Shown: positions 47,501 through 58,458, counted from the first letter of the stretch. The stretch: DNA of 64,000 nucleotides from Poseidonibacter sp. (GCF_041821165.1 NZ_JBGUES010000001.1:3901-67900), one strand, 5' to 3'. The notes: generated from the letters alone by a model not told the origin. A program made the numbers and translations.

Positions 47501-48318
47501 TTAATATTAAGAAGTTTGTAAAAAATGCCATTATTGAAGATAATGGAAGAGGGGATTTATTCTTCGATGTTGCTCCAAAAGGTAGATTTACAGCACGTGC
47601 AATTGCTAAATCTGATGGTATTATTGCAGGAATTCAATATGCAAAAGTATTAGCAAGAACTGAAAAATTTGATTGTAAGTTTTTAAAACATGATGGTGAT
47701 GTGATTAAAGCTGGTGATGTTATTGCTGAACTTGAAGGAAAAGCTTCAATTTTACTTTCTAGTGAAAGAACTTTTTTAAATATACTTCAACATGCATCTG
47801 GAATTGCAACTATGGCAAATAAATATGCAAAATTAATGGAAGGAACGGATGTTGTTTTATTAGATACTAGAAAAACAAGACCACAACTTCGAGATTTTGA
47901 AAAATATGCTTCAAGAGTTGGTGGTGCAATTAACCATAGACTAGGTCTTGATGATTGTTTAATGTTAAAAGATACTCACTTACGAACAATTAAAAACTTA
48001 AAAGAGTTTATAAAAAAAGCAAGAAAAAGAATTTCTTGGGTTACAAAAATTGAAATTGAGTGTGAAACATTTGAGCAAGTAAAAGAAGCAATGGATGCTG
48101 GTGCTGATATTATTATGTGTGATAATATGACACCTGAACAAATTAAAAATGTTGTAAAATATAGAAATGAAAACTATCCTCATATTTTATTAGAAGCTAG
48201 TGGAAATATTGATTTAAATACAATAAGAGGTTATGCAAAAACTGGAGTTGATGCAATTAGTAGTGGAAGTATTATACATCAAGCTACTTGGTTAGATTTC
48301 TCAATGAAGTTTGACTAA
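47497..48318 (+). CDS. nadC: Nicotinate-nucleotide diphosphorylase (carboxylating)
   Basis: 273 aa. LLDTRKT, HRLGLDD, MCDNM motifs. There is a 4-nt overlap with nadA. Confidence 0.94.
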   Translation: MINIKKFVKNAIIEDNGRGDLFFDVAPKGRFTARAIAKSDGIIAGIQYAKVLARTEKFDCKFLKHDGDVIKAGDVIAELEGKASILLSSERTFLNILQHASGIATMANKYAKLMEGTDVVLLDTRKTRPQLRDFEKYASRVGGAINHRLGLDDCLMLKDTHLRTIKNLKEFIKKARKRISWVTKIEIECETFEQVKEAMDAGADIIMCDNMTPEQIKNVVKYRNENYPHILLEASGNIDLNTIRGYAKTGVDAISSGSIIHQATWLDFSMKFD

Positions 48319-48390
48319 AAATAAAAAATATTGTTAACTATTCATTATTAATAGTTACGTAGAATTTATATTTAAAAAAAAGGGAAAGTA

Positions 48391-49377
48391 TTGAAAAAGG
48401 ATTTTATAGTTAGTAATAAAATAGATATGTCATGTTATACACAAGCTTTAGAACTTATTGAAAAAAGTAGATATATTTTAATTATTACGCATGTAAACCC
48501 TGATGCTGATACTATATCATCAGCATTAGCCTTATCGATATTTTTTCATGAAAATAAGATAAAACACAAAGTTTTTAACGTAAGTTCTGATTTACCTGAA
48601 AACTTAAATTTTATTGATAGATTTGATAAAATCACTGACCAACTTCCTAAATTCTTTGATTTAGCAATAAGTGTTGATTGTGGAACATACCCAAGATTAG
48701 GTTTAAAGCTTGATCCAAGTATTCCACTAATCAATTTTGACCATCATAAATCAAATAATAATTTTGGGATGATTAATATCGTAGATCCACAAAAAAGCTC
48801 AACAGCTGAAATTGTATATGATTTTTTTAAGCATAATGGTTTATATATCACTAAAAGTTCAGCAACAGCTTTATATGTTGGTATTTATGATGATTCATTA
48901 GCATTTTCACTTGGAAGATGTGATGAATTAACATTTGATAAAGTTAACTTCTTAGTTCAATGTGGTGCAAGTCCATCAGGAATTGCAAATAAGTTATTAA
49001 GAAGAGACTCTTTAGCAAAATATAGAATCATCCCTAAAGTATTAGATAGTCTTGAATTATATAAAGAAGGTGAAGTTGCAAGTATTATAGCAACGCAAGA
49101 ATGGTTTAAACAAACAGGTGCTCATAATCGTGATTGTGAAGATGCACTTGATATGATTATGAGTATGGCAATTGTGAAAATAGCTTTTTTTGCAAGAATC
49201 GTAGAAGGTAAAACAAGAATTTCAATCAGATCTAAAGATAAAACAGATGTATCTAAAATAGCCGGTTACTTCGACGGTGGTGGACATTATAATGCAGCTG
49301 GATGCAGTATAAATACAACAAATATCGAAGAAGCAAAACAATTAGTATTAAAGGAAATTTTTGAGTTATATGAATAG
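48391..49377 (+). CDS. DHH/DHHA1 phosphoesterase (NrnA-like oligoribonuclease/pAp phosphatase)
   Basis: 328 aa. HVNPDADT, DHH (NFDHHKSN), GGGH (DGGGHYNAAG). Confidence 0.85.
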   Translation: MKKDFIVSNKIDMSCYTQALELIEKSRYILIITHVNPDADTISSALALSIFFHENKIKHKVFNVSSDLPENLNFIDRFDKITDQLPKFFDLAISVDCGTYPRLGLKLDPSIPLINFDHHKSNNNFGMINIVDPQKSSTAEIVYDFFKHNGLYITKSSATALYVGIYDDSLAFSLGRCDELTFDKVNFLVQCGASPSGIANKLLRRDSLAKYRIIPKVLDSLELYKEGEVASIIATQEWFKQTGAHNRDCEDALDMIMSMAIVKIAFFARIVEGKTRISIRSKDKTDVSKIAGYFDGGGHYNAAGCSINTTNIEEAKQLVLKEIFELYE

Positions 49378-50746
49378 AAAAAAAAATGATAAAGCAATCA
49401 AGTTATTAGTATATATATTTATTATTACAATTATATCAACTTTGGCATTCGTATTTTTATCGCCTATTTTTGAGAAAAACAAACCTAAAACATCATTAGG
49501 AAGTGAGTTATTTTGGAATTTAAAATCTCCATTGCCAATAAATCTATCTGATGATAATGAAATAAAATCTTACAAAATTACATATAACGATGGTAAAAGA
49601 ACAATTATTCTTGATACAAAAGTAATTTCAAAACAAAAAGGTTCTTTAGATTTAAATATTATTGCACCAAAGCAAGATATTATGTATCATCCAAAAGAAG
49701 TAACACTAAAATTAGAAGTATTTGATACGAGTAAATGGAATTTCTTTAAGGGAAATAGTTTAGTAAAAGAAGTAAAAGTAAAAGTTGATAATATCAGACC
49801 AATTGCAAATGTAATTACTAACTCTTATTTAATAAGACAAGGTGGAAGTGCTGTTGTTATTGCTCAAATTGAAGATGAAAATTTAAAAGATTTTTATGTA
49901 TCTTTTAATAATCAAGATAGATTTGAATTAATTCCATTTTATAAAGATAACTACTACTTTGCTATTATTGCATGGCCAATATTTAGAGAAAATTTTGAAG
50001 GTGTGAATTTAGTTGCAATTGATGAAGCTAAAAACCAAACTATTACAAAAGTACCTTTATACATTAAAAGTTTAAAGCAAAAAATTGATGATATAAAAAT
50101 TTCTGATAAATTTATTGAAAAAGTAAGTAAAAATGTTTTAAGTAAAAGTGGTTATGAAATACCATCAGATGGCACTGAGATTTTTATAAAAGAAAATAGA
50201 GATTTAAGAGAACAAAATGTTAAAACTATAAAAGAAGTTAGTTTAAATTATATGAATAAAGAAAAAATTTCTAACTTTAATTTAAAAGCATTTAGAAGAT
50301 TACCATCAGGTATGAAATTTGCAGGATTTGGTGAGAGAAGACATTATTTTTATAATAATGAAAAAATTGATGAAGCATGGCACCTTGGAATGGATTGGGG
50401 AAGTATAAAAAGAGCAAAAATTTTTACTACAAATGCTGGAAAAGTAATTTATAATGATTACTTAGGAATATATGGAAATACTGTAATTATTGACCATAAG
50501 TATGGATTATCGTCTCTATATGCACATACAAGTAGATCAAATGTTAATTTAAATGATAATGTAAAAGCAGGTCAACAAATTGCTAATACTGGTTCAACAG
50601 GAGCTGTATTTGGAGATCATTTACATTTTGGTGTCTTAGTTCAAGGAATAGAAGTTGATCCAAAAGAGTGGATGGATAGAAATTGGATAAAGCTAAATGT
50701 GACTAATACTATAAGTCAAGCTAAGAAAGTGATAGATAGCAAATGA
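49361..50746 (+). CDS. M23 (LytM-type) metallopeptidase with N-terminal membrane anchor. Positional equivalent of the Helicobacter/Campylobacter cell-shape peptidase upstream of lpxC.
   Basis: 461 aa. HLGMDWGS (HxxxD) and GDHLHFGV (HxH). The likely start is the ATG at 49370. Confidence 0.85.
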   Translation: MSYMNRKKNDKAIKLLVYIFIITIISTLAFVFLSPIFEKNKPKTSLGSELFWNLKSPLPINLSDDNEIKSYKITYNDGKRTIILDTKVISKQKGSLDLNIIAPKQDIMYHPKEVTLKLEVFDTSKWNFFKGNSLVKEVKVKVDNIRPIANVITNSYLIRQGGSAVVIAQIEDENLKDFYVSFNNQDRFELIPFYKDNYYFAIIAWPIFRENFEGVNLVAIDEAKNQTITKVPLYIKSLKQKIDDIKISDKFIEKVSKNVLSKSGYEIPSDGTEIFIKENRDLREQNVKTIKEVSLNYMNKEKISNFNLKAFRRLPSGMKFAGFGERRHYFYNNEKIDEAWHLGMDWGSIKRAKIFTTNAGKVIYNDYLGIYGNTVIIDHKYGLSSLYAHTSRSNVNLNDNVKAGQQIANTGSTGAVFGDHLHFGVLVQGIEVDPKEWMDRNWIKLNVTNTISQAKKVIDSK

Positions 50747-51648
50747 AACAAAGAACAATAAAAAAATCTGTAGAAATTGTAGGTATAGGATTACACAAAG
50801 GTGTACCTGTTAAAATGAGACTTGAACCATTAGATTCAGATATGGGAATAATTTTTTACAGAGTTGATGCAGGTGTAACAATTCCATTAAAAATAGAAAA
50901 CGTTGTTGATACAAAAATGGCAACTGTTATTGGAAAAGATAATGTTGTAATTTCTACAATTGAACATTTATTATCAGCTGTATATGCTTATGGTATTGAT
51001 AATTTAAGAGTTGTAATTGATAATGATGAAGTACCTGTATTAGATGGAAGTTCTTCAGGTTATTGTATGCTTATTGAAGAAGCTGGAATTAAAGAGTTAG
51101 AGAAATCAAAAAAAGCAATTAAAATTAAAAAAGAAGTAACTGTTACTACACCTGAGGGTAAAAAAGTATGCTTAAAACCATCTAATAGAATTGTTTATGA
51201 TTTTAAAATTGATTTTGATCATCCATCAATTGGTGAACAAAATTTTCATTTTGATTATTCAATTGCTGAATATAAAGAGAATATTTCAAGAGCTAGAACT
51301 TTTGGGTTTTTACATGAAGTTCAATATCTAAGAAGTATTGGTTTAGCTCAAGGTGGTTCAATGGAAAATGCTATTGTTCTTGACCAAAGTAAGATATTAA
51401 ATCCTGAGGGTTTAAGATATGACAATGAATTTGTAAGACATAAAATACTAGATGCAATTGGTGATATGGCACTTTTAGGTTATACACTTGTTGGAGAATA
51501 TGATGCAATTGCAGGTTCTCATCATTTAAATCATTTATTAACAAAAGAGCTTTATTCAGATGAATCAAATTATGAGATTATTGATTTAGAAGAAGCAAGT
51601 AGTGAAGCAGAAGTATTTGAATTAGCTTATTCAAAAGTAGAAATATAA
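50743..51648 (+). CDS. lpxC: UDP-3-O-acyl-N-acetylglucosamine deacetylase
   Basis: 301 aa. MKQRTIKKSVEIVGIGLHKG, TIEHLLSA, HKILDAIGD. Confidence 0.96.
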   Translation: MKQRTIKKSVEIVGIGLHKGVPVKMRLEPLDSDMGIIFYRVDAGVTIPLKIENVVDTKMATVIGKDNVVISTIEHLLSAVYAYGIDNLRVVIDNDEVPVLDGSSSGYCMLIEEAGIKELEKSKKAIKIKKEVTVTTPEGKKVCLKPSNRIVYDFKIDFDHPSIGEQNFHFDYSIAEYKENISRARTFGFLHEVQYLRSIGLAQGGSMENAIVLDQSKILNPEGLRYDNEFVRHKILDAIGDMALLGYTLVGEYDAIAGSHHLNHLLTKELYSDESNYEIIDLEEASSEAEVFELAYSKVEI

Positions 51649-51658
51649 GGTTAAATAA

Positions 51659-52111
51659 TTGATTGAAGTTTTAGTTATAAGTATTTCAAACCCTTTATTA
51701 ATTGGGGTTTATGAAAATAAAGAATTAATAAAAGAGTATAAACTTGAGGGTAAAACTTCAGATTTATTACCTACTTTATTTAAAGAGTTATTAAAAAGTT
51801 ACAATATTGGAAAAATTAATTATGTAAATTCTCCAGGTTCTTATATGGCAATAAAAGTTGCTTATGTTTTTTTAAAAACTATATGTATCAGCAAAGATAT
51901 AGAGCTTAATGCTTGTAATGGTTTTGAATTTAATGAAAATTCTCCTATTAAAGCTTTAGGTAAAAAATATTTTATAAATGAGAATAATAAAATTAAAGTA
52001 GATTTTTTAGAAAAAGATAGTATAATACGCGACTTTAAATTACCTACGTGTATAAAAAAAATAAATTTTAGTAAAGAAACACTGCCAATATATAATTTAC
52101 CAGCTGTTTAA
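51659..52111 (+). CDS. Short TsaB/YeaZ-like protein (N-terminal ASKHA-fold half only)
   Basis: 150 aa. The pattern VNSPGSYMAIKVAYVFLKT resembles the TsaB GPGSFTGLRIG region, but the protein is about one third shorter than typical TsaB. Confidence 0.4.
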   Translation: MIEVLVISISNPLLIGVYENKELIKEYKLEGKTSDLLPTLFKELLKSYNIGKINYVNSPGSYMAIKVAYVFLKTICISKDIELNACNGFEFNENSPIKALGKKYFINENNKIKVDFLEKDSIIRDFKLPTCIKKINFSKETLPIYNLPAV

Positions 52112-52122
52112 GAAGGAAATAG

Positions 52123-53004
52123 ATGAAAGTAAGCGTTCCAGCAACTAGTGCTAATTTGGGACCAGGTTTTGATTCTCTTGGTTTAGCTATTGCTATGAAA
52201 AACCAAGTAATTATCAGACCAGCAAAATTTCATAGTGTGTCATTAAAAGGTGAGGGTGCAAATAACCCAGTACTTAAAGACAACAATATGTTTATCTCAA
52301 TTTTTAATGATTTTTATCATAACTTATCTCATAAAAAAAGACATTTTAGATTTGAATTTTTTAATGAAATTCCATTATCAAGAGGATTAGGTAGTTCTTC
52401 AGCTGTAATTGTTTCAGCTATTGCTTCTGCATATGCAATTGAGGGGATTAAATTAGAAAAAGATAAACTTTTAAATCTTGCACTTGCTTATGAAAATCAT
52501 CCTGATAATATTACACCTGCTGTAATGGGTGGATTTAATGTTGCAACTGTTCAAGATGATGAAGTGAAATTTATTAATAAAGCAATACCTAATATTTTAA
52601 AAGCTGTTGTTGTTATTCCAAATAGACCAATTTCAACTCAACTTTCAAGAAAAGCATTGCCTTTTAAATATTCAAAAGAAGATGTAATCTTTAATATTGC
52701 ACATTCATCTTTATTAACTGCTGCATTTATGAGTGAAGATTGGAAAATGCTAAGAACTGCATCTATGGATAAAATTCATCAAAAATATAGAATGAAACAA
52801 ATGGCTGAATTATTTGATGTTCAAAAAACATCTTTAAAAGCTGGTTCATTAATGAGTACATTATCAGGTTCAGGTTCAACATTCTTTTCAATTTGTTATG
52901 CAGAAGATGCAAGAAAAATTGAAAAAGCATTAAAAACTAGATTCCCACATTTTAAAGTTTTCTCTACAGATTTTGATAATGTTGGTGTTAAAATTGAAAT
53001 CTAA
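52123..53004 (+). CDS. thrB: Homoserine kinase
   Basis: 293 aa. VPATSANLGPGFDSLG, GHMP motif GLGSSSA. Confidence 0.95.
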   Translation: MKVSVPATSANLGPGFDSLGLAIAMKNQVIIRPAKFHSVSLKGEGANNPVLKDNNMFISIFNDFYHNLSHKKRHFRFEFFNEIPLSRGLGSSSAVIVSAIASAYAIEGIKLEKDKLLNLALAYENHPDNITPAVMGGFNVATVQDDEVKFINKAIPNILKAVVVIPNRPISTQLSRKALPFKYSKEDVIFNIAHSSLLTAAFMSEDWKMLRTASMDKIHQKYRMKQMAELFDVQKTSLKAGSLMSTLSGSGSTFFSICYAEDARKIEKALKTRFPHFKVFSTDFDNVGVKIEI

Positions 53005-53038
53005 TTTTTCGAAATTAAGATTATTTTAGGTATAATGA

Positions 53039-53314
53039 TTGACAAATCCAAAAAAGAGCTTAAGAACTTGTATTGTTTGTAGAGAAAAATACGAGCAAAA
53101 AGAACTATTTCGACTAAAATGCGAAGATAAAAAACTTGTACCATACAACAACAATGGCAGAAGTTTTTATATCTGTAAAGATTGTATAAAAATAGTACAA
53201 TCAGATATTAAGCAAAAAGAATATAAAAAACTAGAAAAATCACTTTTTAGAGAGTGTAAAAATAAAGATAACTATGTTGTACAACTTAAGGAGATGCTAA
53301 CAGATGTCAGATAA
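53039..53314 (+). CDS. ylxR: YlxR-family (DUF448) RNA-binding protein
   Basis: 91 aa. LRTCIVCREKY...GRSFYIC. A TTG start is inferred. Confidence 0.75.
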   Translation: MTNPKKSLRTCIVCREKYEQKELFRLKCEDKKLVPYNNNGRSFYICKDCIKIVQSDIKQKEYKKLEKSLFRECKNKDNYVVQLKEMLTDVR

Positions 53315-55958
53315 AGTAAGAGTTTATGAAATTGCAGAAGAGGCAGGGGCTAGTAGTGTAGATGTAATCGCTAAAGCCAAAGATTTAAATATTGAGCTTA
53401 AATCACCTCAAAGCGCGGTATCATTTGAAGATGCTGAAGAAATCACAAAATATATAATGACTGGTAAAAGTTCAAAAATTGAAGTAAAACCAGTAGAAAA
53501 GAAAAAAACAGTATCTAAACCTAAAGAAGTTCTTGAAACAAAGAAAGAAGAAAAAATAGAAGAAAATGTAACACAAACAGCTGATGCTAAAACTACATCA
53601 ACTACAGAAGAGTCAAAACCAAACGATAATAAGTCTGCTGAAAAAATAGAATCTAAAGATGTACAAAAATCTGAAGCTAATAATGATGCTGAAGATAAAC
53701 CTAAAAAGATCGTTCCAAAAAGAAGAGGTCTTAAAATTGTTAAGAAGAAAAAACCAAAGGTTGTTGAACCTGAAGTAACATTTAATGAAGAAGCTTCTCA
53801 ACCAAAAAAGAAAATGAAATCTCTTAGTGAAATTCTTGGTAATAATAATGATGATAATACATCAAAAGATCTTGCAGAACATAAAAAATCTAAAAAAGAT
53901 AAAAAAAGAACTAACGTAAAAGCTCAAGATCATGGTAGAAGACTTGACGTAGATAGAAGAGGTTCTGATGATTTCTCTAATATGACTAATGATTCATTAT
54001 TAGGTGAAGAAGTTGTTTTATTAGATATGGGATTATCTGATAAATCAAAATTATTAGATGAACCAAAACCTCAAAATAATAATAAACAATCAAGAAGTTC
54101 AAGACCAGCTGCATTTGGTAATAGACCTCAAGGTTTAAAAAGAGGAAAAAGAAAGAAAAGAATTGCTAGAACTCAAGAAGATGTTGTAATTACAGAAGTT
54201 ACAATTCCTGAAGATATTAGAGTTTATGAATTTGCTGAAGCTTGTGGTAAATCTGCATCTGAAGTTATTTCTGTTTTATTTGGTTTAGGAATGCTTGTTA
54301 CTAAAAATGACTTCTTAAAACAAGATGAATTAGAAATTCTTGGTGAAGAGTTTGGAATTGAAGTAACAGTTAGAGATGCTCTAGAAGATGTTAATTATAT
54401 TGAAGATTACCATGAAGAAGAGATTGATGAAACTAACTTTACAACAAGACCTCCTGTAGTTACAATTATGGGACATGTTGATCATGGTAAAACTTCATTA
54501 TTAGACAAAATTAGATCTTCAAAAGTTGCACATGGTGAAGCTGGTGGAATTACACAACATATTTCATCTTATACAGTTACAAAAGATGATCAAAAAATTA
54601 CATTTGTAGATACTCCTGGGCATGCTGCTTTCTCTGCTATGAGATCAAGAGGTGCTGCAATTACTGATATCGTAATTATTGTTGTTGCTGCTGATGATGG
54701 TGTTAAACCTCAAACAGAAGAAGTAATTGCACATGCAAAAGCTTCTGGTTGTCCAATTATTGTTGCAGTTAATAAAATTGATAAAGAAACAGCAAATATG
54801 GATATGGTTAAAGCACAAATGGCTGAAAGAGAAATGACTCCTGTTGATTGGGGTGGAGATATCGAATTTATTGGTGTTTCTGCTAAAACAGGTGAAGGTA
54901 TTGATGATTTATTAGAAAATATTCTTATTCAATCAGAAATATTAGAACTTAAAGCTGACCCAACTGCAAAAGTTAAAGCTGCTGTTGTTGAATCTTTACT
55001 TGAAAAAGGAAGAGGACCAGTTGCAACTATTATTGTTCAAAATGGTACATTAAAAGTTGGTGATAATATTGTTTGTGATACTACATACGGTAGAGTAAAA
55101 GCAATTACTGATGATAATGGTAAACCAGTTAAAGAACTTGGATTATCAGAAACTGGTAATGTTCTTGGATTAAATGAAGTACCAGCTGCAGGTGCAGTTG
55201 TTGTAGGTCAAGATTCTGAAAAAGAAGCAAGAGAAATTGCTAATACTAGAGCTGAACATGCACGTGCTAAAGAATTATCTAAATCAACAAAAGTTTCTTT
55301 AGAAGAGATGAGTGGATTAATTGCAGAAGGTAAAATTAAAGCTCTTCCTGTAATTATTAAAACTGATGTTGGTGGTTCATTAGAAGCTATTAAAGGTTCA
55401 TTAGAAAAAATTGCAAATGAAGAAGTTAAAGTTAAAGTTATTCATGCAGCAGTTGGTGGTATTACTGAATCTGATTTAGTTCTTGCAAATGCTTCTGAGG
55501 GATGTATTATCTTAGGATTTAATGTAAGACCTACTGGTTCTATTAAAAGTAAAGCAAAAGCAGATGGTGTTACTATTAATACTTACTCTATTATTTACGA
55601 TTTAATTGATGATATTAAAGATACTTTATCTGGTATGATGTCTGCTGTTATTAGAGAAGAAAATACTGGTCAAGCTGAAGTTAGAGATACATTCGTTGTT
55701 CCAAAAATTGGTACAGTTGCTGGATGTTTAGTAACAGATGGTAAAGTAATCAGAGGTGGTCATGCAAGAATTATTAGAGATGGTGTTGTAACATACACTG
55801 GTAAAATTTCATCATTAAAAAGATTTAAAGATGATGCTAAAGAAGTTGCTAATGGTTATGAGTGTGGTATTATGTTTGATAAATTTAATGATATCAAAAA
55901 AGGTGACTTTATTGAAACATTCATTCAAATTGAAGAAAAAGTATCGATTGATAACTAA
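53304..55958 (+). CDS. infB: Translation initiation factor IF-2
   Basis: 884 aa. Lys/Glu-rich N-terminal region. G-domain GHVDHGKTSLLD, DTPGH, NKID. Confidence 0.97.
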   Translation: MSDKVRVYEIAEEAGASSVDVIAKAKDLNIELKSPQSAVSFEDAEEITKYIMTGKSSKIEVKPVEKKKTVSKPKEVLETKKEEKIEENVTQTADAKTTSTTEESKPNDNKSAEKIESKDVQKSEANNDAEDKPKKIVPKRRGLKIVKKKKPKVVEPEVTFNEEASQPKKKMKSLSEILGNNNDDNTSKDLAEHKKSKKDKKRTNVKAQDHGRRLDVDRRGSDDFSNMTNDSLLGEEVVLLDMGLSDKSKLLDEPKPQNNNKQSRSSRPAAFGNRPQGLKRGKRKKRIARTQEDVVITEVTIPEDIRVYEFAEACGKSASEVISVLFGLGMLVTKNDFLKQDELEILGEEFGIEVTVRDALEDVNYIEDYHEEEIDETNFTTRPPVVTIMGHVDHGKTSLLDKIRSSKVAHGEAGGITQHISSYTVTKDDQKITFVDTPGHAAFSAMRSRGAAITDIVIIVVAADDGVKPQTEEVIAHAKASGCPIIVAVNKIDKETANMDMVKAQMAEREMTPVDWGGDIEFIGVSAKTGEGIDDLLENILIQSEILELKADPTAKVKAAVVESLLEKGRGPVATIIVQNGTLKVGDNIVCDTTYGRVKAITDDNGKPVKELGLSETGNVLGLNEVPAAGAVVVGQDSEKEAREIANTRAEHARAKELSKSTKVSLEEMSGLIAEGKIKALPVIIKTDVGGSLEAIKGSLEKIANEEVKVKVIHAAVGGITESDLVLANASEGCIILGFNVRPTGSIKSKAKADGVTINTYSIIYDLIDDIKDTLSGMMSAVIREENTGQAEVRDTFVVPKIGTVAGCLVTDGKVIRGGHARIIRDGVVTYTGKISSLKRFKDDAKEVANGYECGIMFDKFNDIKKGDFIETFIQIEEKVSIDN

Positions 55959-55960
55959 TT

Positions 55961-56320
55961 ATGAAAAGCATTAACTTACAAAGAACAGAGTCTCTACTTA
56001 TGGAATTAATTCCTGAGGCTCTTTCTGCTTTAGCAGATAATAGAATTAACTCATTACCAATTACAGGTGTAAACTGTAAAAATGGTAAATATGATGCACT
56101 TGTTTATTTTGATGGTTCAGATTATGAAAAAAATGAAATAAATCAAATTGTATCTTTATTAAATAAAGCTAATGGAAGATTAAAATCACATATACTTGCT
56201 AGTACTGGTTGGTATAAATGTCCAGATTTTAAATTCCAAAATGATACATCTCTAGCAAAATCTAGAAATATCGAAGCTTTATTTGCACAGATTAATAAAA
56301 CAAAAAGTGAAGAAAAATGA
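55961..56320 (+). CDS. rbfA: Ribosome-binding factor A
   Basis: 119 aa. [14 protein letters not shown], with conserved position after infB. Confidence 0.88.
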   Translation: MKSINLQRTESLLMELIPEALSALADNRINSLPITGVNCKNGKYDALVYFDGSDYEKNEINQIVSLLNKANGRLKSHILASTGWYKCPDFKFQNDTSLAKSRNIEALFAQINKTKSEEK

Positions 56321-56745
56321 ATTTAGAAGAATCAATAAAATTAGCAGTTGAAAGTTTAGGTGTTCAAGTCTATGATATTGTTACAGCTAGAGAACATGAT
56401 GATAATATTTACAGAGTTAGTATCACATCAAAAGATGGTATTAATTTAGATAAATGTGCTGAAGTATCAAGAATGATTTCTCCAATACTAGATTTAGATG
56501 AGCCTTTAGGTGGAAAATATAAGCTTGAAGTTAGCTCTCCTGGTATTGAAAGAAAACTAAGAAATAAACAACACTTTATGGCCTCAATTGGTGAAAAAGT
56601 AAGAATAAAAGATATTGCAACAGAAGTTTTCAAAGGGGAACTTTTATCTGCAGATGAAAATAAAATCGTTTTAAAAACTGAATTTGGTGAAGAAAAAATA
56701 GAATATGGTTCTATTTTATCAGCATCAACTTATTTCCAATGGTAA
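56317..56745 (+). CDS. rimP: Ribosome maturation factor RimP
   Basis: 142 aa. [12 protein letters not shown] motif. Confidence 0.88.
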   Translation: MNLEESIKLAVESLGVQVYDIVTAREHDDNIYRVSITSKDGINLDKCAEVSRMISPILDLDEPLGGKYKLEVSSPGIERKLRNKQHFMASIGEKVRIKDIATEVFKGELLSADENKIVLKTEFGEEKIEYGSILSASTYFQW

Positions 56746-56867
56746 TAGAGTTTTAACTCTATTACTACTTAAAAATTTAACTCCTAATTAATTACTCTTA
56801 ATATATACTACAAATCAAAATTATTTTAATACTATAAAGGAAATCACTAATTTAGTGAAATATATAC

Positions 56868-57872
56868 ATGAAAATAGATAATAACTTTTATATGAAATTA
56901 GCAATTGATGAAGCTTGGAAATATCAACTTCTTACCTATCCTAATCCAGCTGTTGGTTGTGTTATTGTTAAAGATAACCATTTATTAAGTATTGAAGCAC
57001 ATAAGCTTGCTGGTGAAGCTCATGCTGAAGTAAATGCACTTAAAGCGGCATACCTAAAAATTTATCCAAATTCAGTATTAAAAAGTTTAAATACTTCTGA
57101 AAAAATACATGATTATTTACTTCAAAATCATAATGGTTTTTTTCATGATTGTAAAGTTTATGTAACACTTGAACCTTGTAATCATATTGGTAAAACACCT
57201 TCTTGTGCAATGCTTTTAAAAGAGTTAAAACCAAAAGAAGTAATTATATCAATTAAAGACCCTAATAATGAAGCTACAGGTGGCATAGAAACACTAAAAG
57301 CAAATGATATTGAAGTAACTATTGGTATATTGGAAAATGAAGGAAATAAGCTTATAGAACCATTTAAAATATGGCAGAAAAAAACTTGTGTTTTTTATAA
57401 AATGGCACAAACATTAAATGGAAGTGTAGATGGTGCAATTTCTGGAAATAGGGCAAAAGCTTATGTCCATACTTTAAGAGATAAAATAGATTTAATGCTT
57501 ATTGGTGGCAATACTGTAAGAACTGATAAACCTACACTTGATGCTAGATATATTTTAGGAAAAAGTCCTGATGTTTTTATTTATTCTAAAAATAAAATCT
57601 TTGATAATAAAATACCATTATTTAGTGTTCCCAATAGAAAAGTTTTTATATCTGATGATTTATTTAAACTTTTAGATTATAAATTTGTAATGGTTGAGGG
57701 AACATATAATTTATTAGAAAATTTAAAAGAGAGAATTGATTTTGTAATTTTACTTATAAGTCCAAAGATAAAAAAAGGATTAAATAGTTTAAATGAAATT
57801 AATATTGATTTTGAAATTATGCATGAAAATTATGTAGGGGAAGACAAGATAGTTTTTTTAAAAAGAAGATAA
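56868..57872 (+). CDS. ribD: Bifunctional riboflavin biosynthesis deaminase/reductase
   Basis: 334 aa. Deaminase HAEVNAL and PCNHIGKTPSC. C-terminal reductase domain. Confidence 0.92.
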   Translation: MKIDNNFYMKLAIDEAWKYQLLTYPNPAVGCVIVKDNHLLSIEAHKLAGEAHAEVNALKAAYLKIYPNSVLKSLNTSEKIHDYLLQNHNGFFHDCKVYVTLEPCNHIGKTPSCAMLLKELKPKEVIISIKDPNNEATGGIETLKANDIEVTIGILENEGNKLIEPFKIWQKKTCVFYKMAQTLNGSVDGAISGNRAKAYVHTLRDKIDLMLIGGNTVRTDKPTLDARYILGKSPDVFIYSKNKIFDNKIPLFSVPNRKVFISDDLFKLLDYKFVMVEGTYNLLENLKERIDFVILLISPKIKKGLNSLNEINIDFEIMHENYVGEDKIVFLKRR

Positions 57873-57895
57873 AATAGTAGCTAAGCTACTATTTT
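57871..57895. terminator. Bidirectional terminator between ribD and efp
   Basis: AAAATAGTAGC-taa-GCTACTATTTT, an 11-bp perfect stem overlapping both stop codons. Confidence 0.7.
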
Positions 57896-58449
57896 ACTTT
57901 CTCTAAATAATCACCTGTTTTTGTATCACATTTGATTATATCACCTTCGATTAAATGAAATGGTATTTGTACAACTGCACCACACTCAAGTGTCGCAGGT
58001 TTTTTACCACCTTGTGAATCACCTTTAAAGTTTGGAGGAGTTTCTACAATTTTCATTTCTACAGTAGCTGGTGGTTCTACTGTAATTGCATTACCGTTGA
58101 AGAACATCATATCAACATTCATACCATCAATAATCCATTTTTCAGTTTCACCAACTTGATCGTAAGTTAAACCAATTTGCTCATAAGTATTTGTATCCAT
58201 GAATTGTAACATTTCACCATCATCATATAAAAACTGCATAGTTTTTTGTTGTAAATCTGGAGTTTCAAACTTATCTCCAGCATGAAATGTTTTTTCAATA
58301 GTTTTTGCATTTAAAAAGTTTTTAATTTTACATCTAACAAATGCAGCACCTTTTCCAGGTTTTACATGTGCATAGTCTGTGATTTTATATGGAATACCAT
58401 CCACTTGAATCTTTAAACCTTTTTTTAAATCACTCATTCCTAAAGCCAT
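57889..58449 (-). CDS. efp: Elongation factor P
   Basis: 186 aa. [17 protein letters not shown] loop. Confidence 0.96.
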   Translation of the reverse strand: MALGMSDLKKGLKIQVDGIPYKITDYAHVKPGKGAAFVRCKIKNFLNAKTIEKTFHAGDKFETPDLQQKTMQFLYDDGEMLQFMDTNTYEQIGLTYDQVGETEKWIIDGMNVDMMFFNGNAITVEPPATVEMKIVETPPNFKGDSQGGKKPATLECGAVVQIPFHLIEGDIIKCDTKTGDYLEKVK

Positions 58450-58458
58450 AGGTTCTCC

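Noticed and set aside
49378-49386. A9 homopolymer at the 5' end of the M23 peptidase gene as a possible phase-variation tract. A8 runs such as the one at the NlpC/P60 start were considered too.
   Set aside because: Poly-A/T runs of this length are common throughout this AT-rich window. The classic Campylobacter contingency tracts are poly-G/C, and none of 8 nt or more occurs here.
53039-56745. Unusual operon order ylxR-infB-rbfA-rimP without nusA
   Set aside because: As far as I recall, the same arrangement (M23 peptidase, lpxC, short ORF, thrB, ylxR, infB, rbfA, rimP) is the normal Campylobacter layout. It is therefore lineage-typical rather than novel.
56746-56867. Possible FMN riboswitch upstream of ribD. 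Glycine and purine riboswitches upstream of the AGCS symporter and purF were considered too.
   Set aside because: None of the conserved riboswitch core sequences is recognisable. The regions are short and almost purely A/T. Infernal would be the decisive check.
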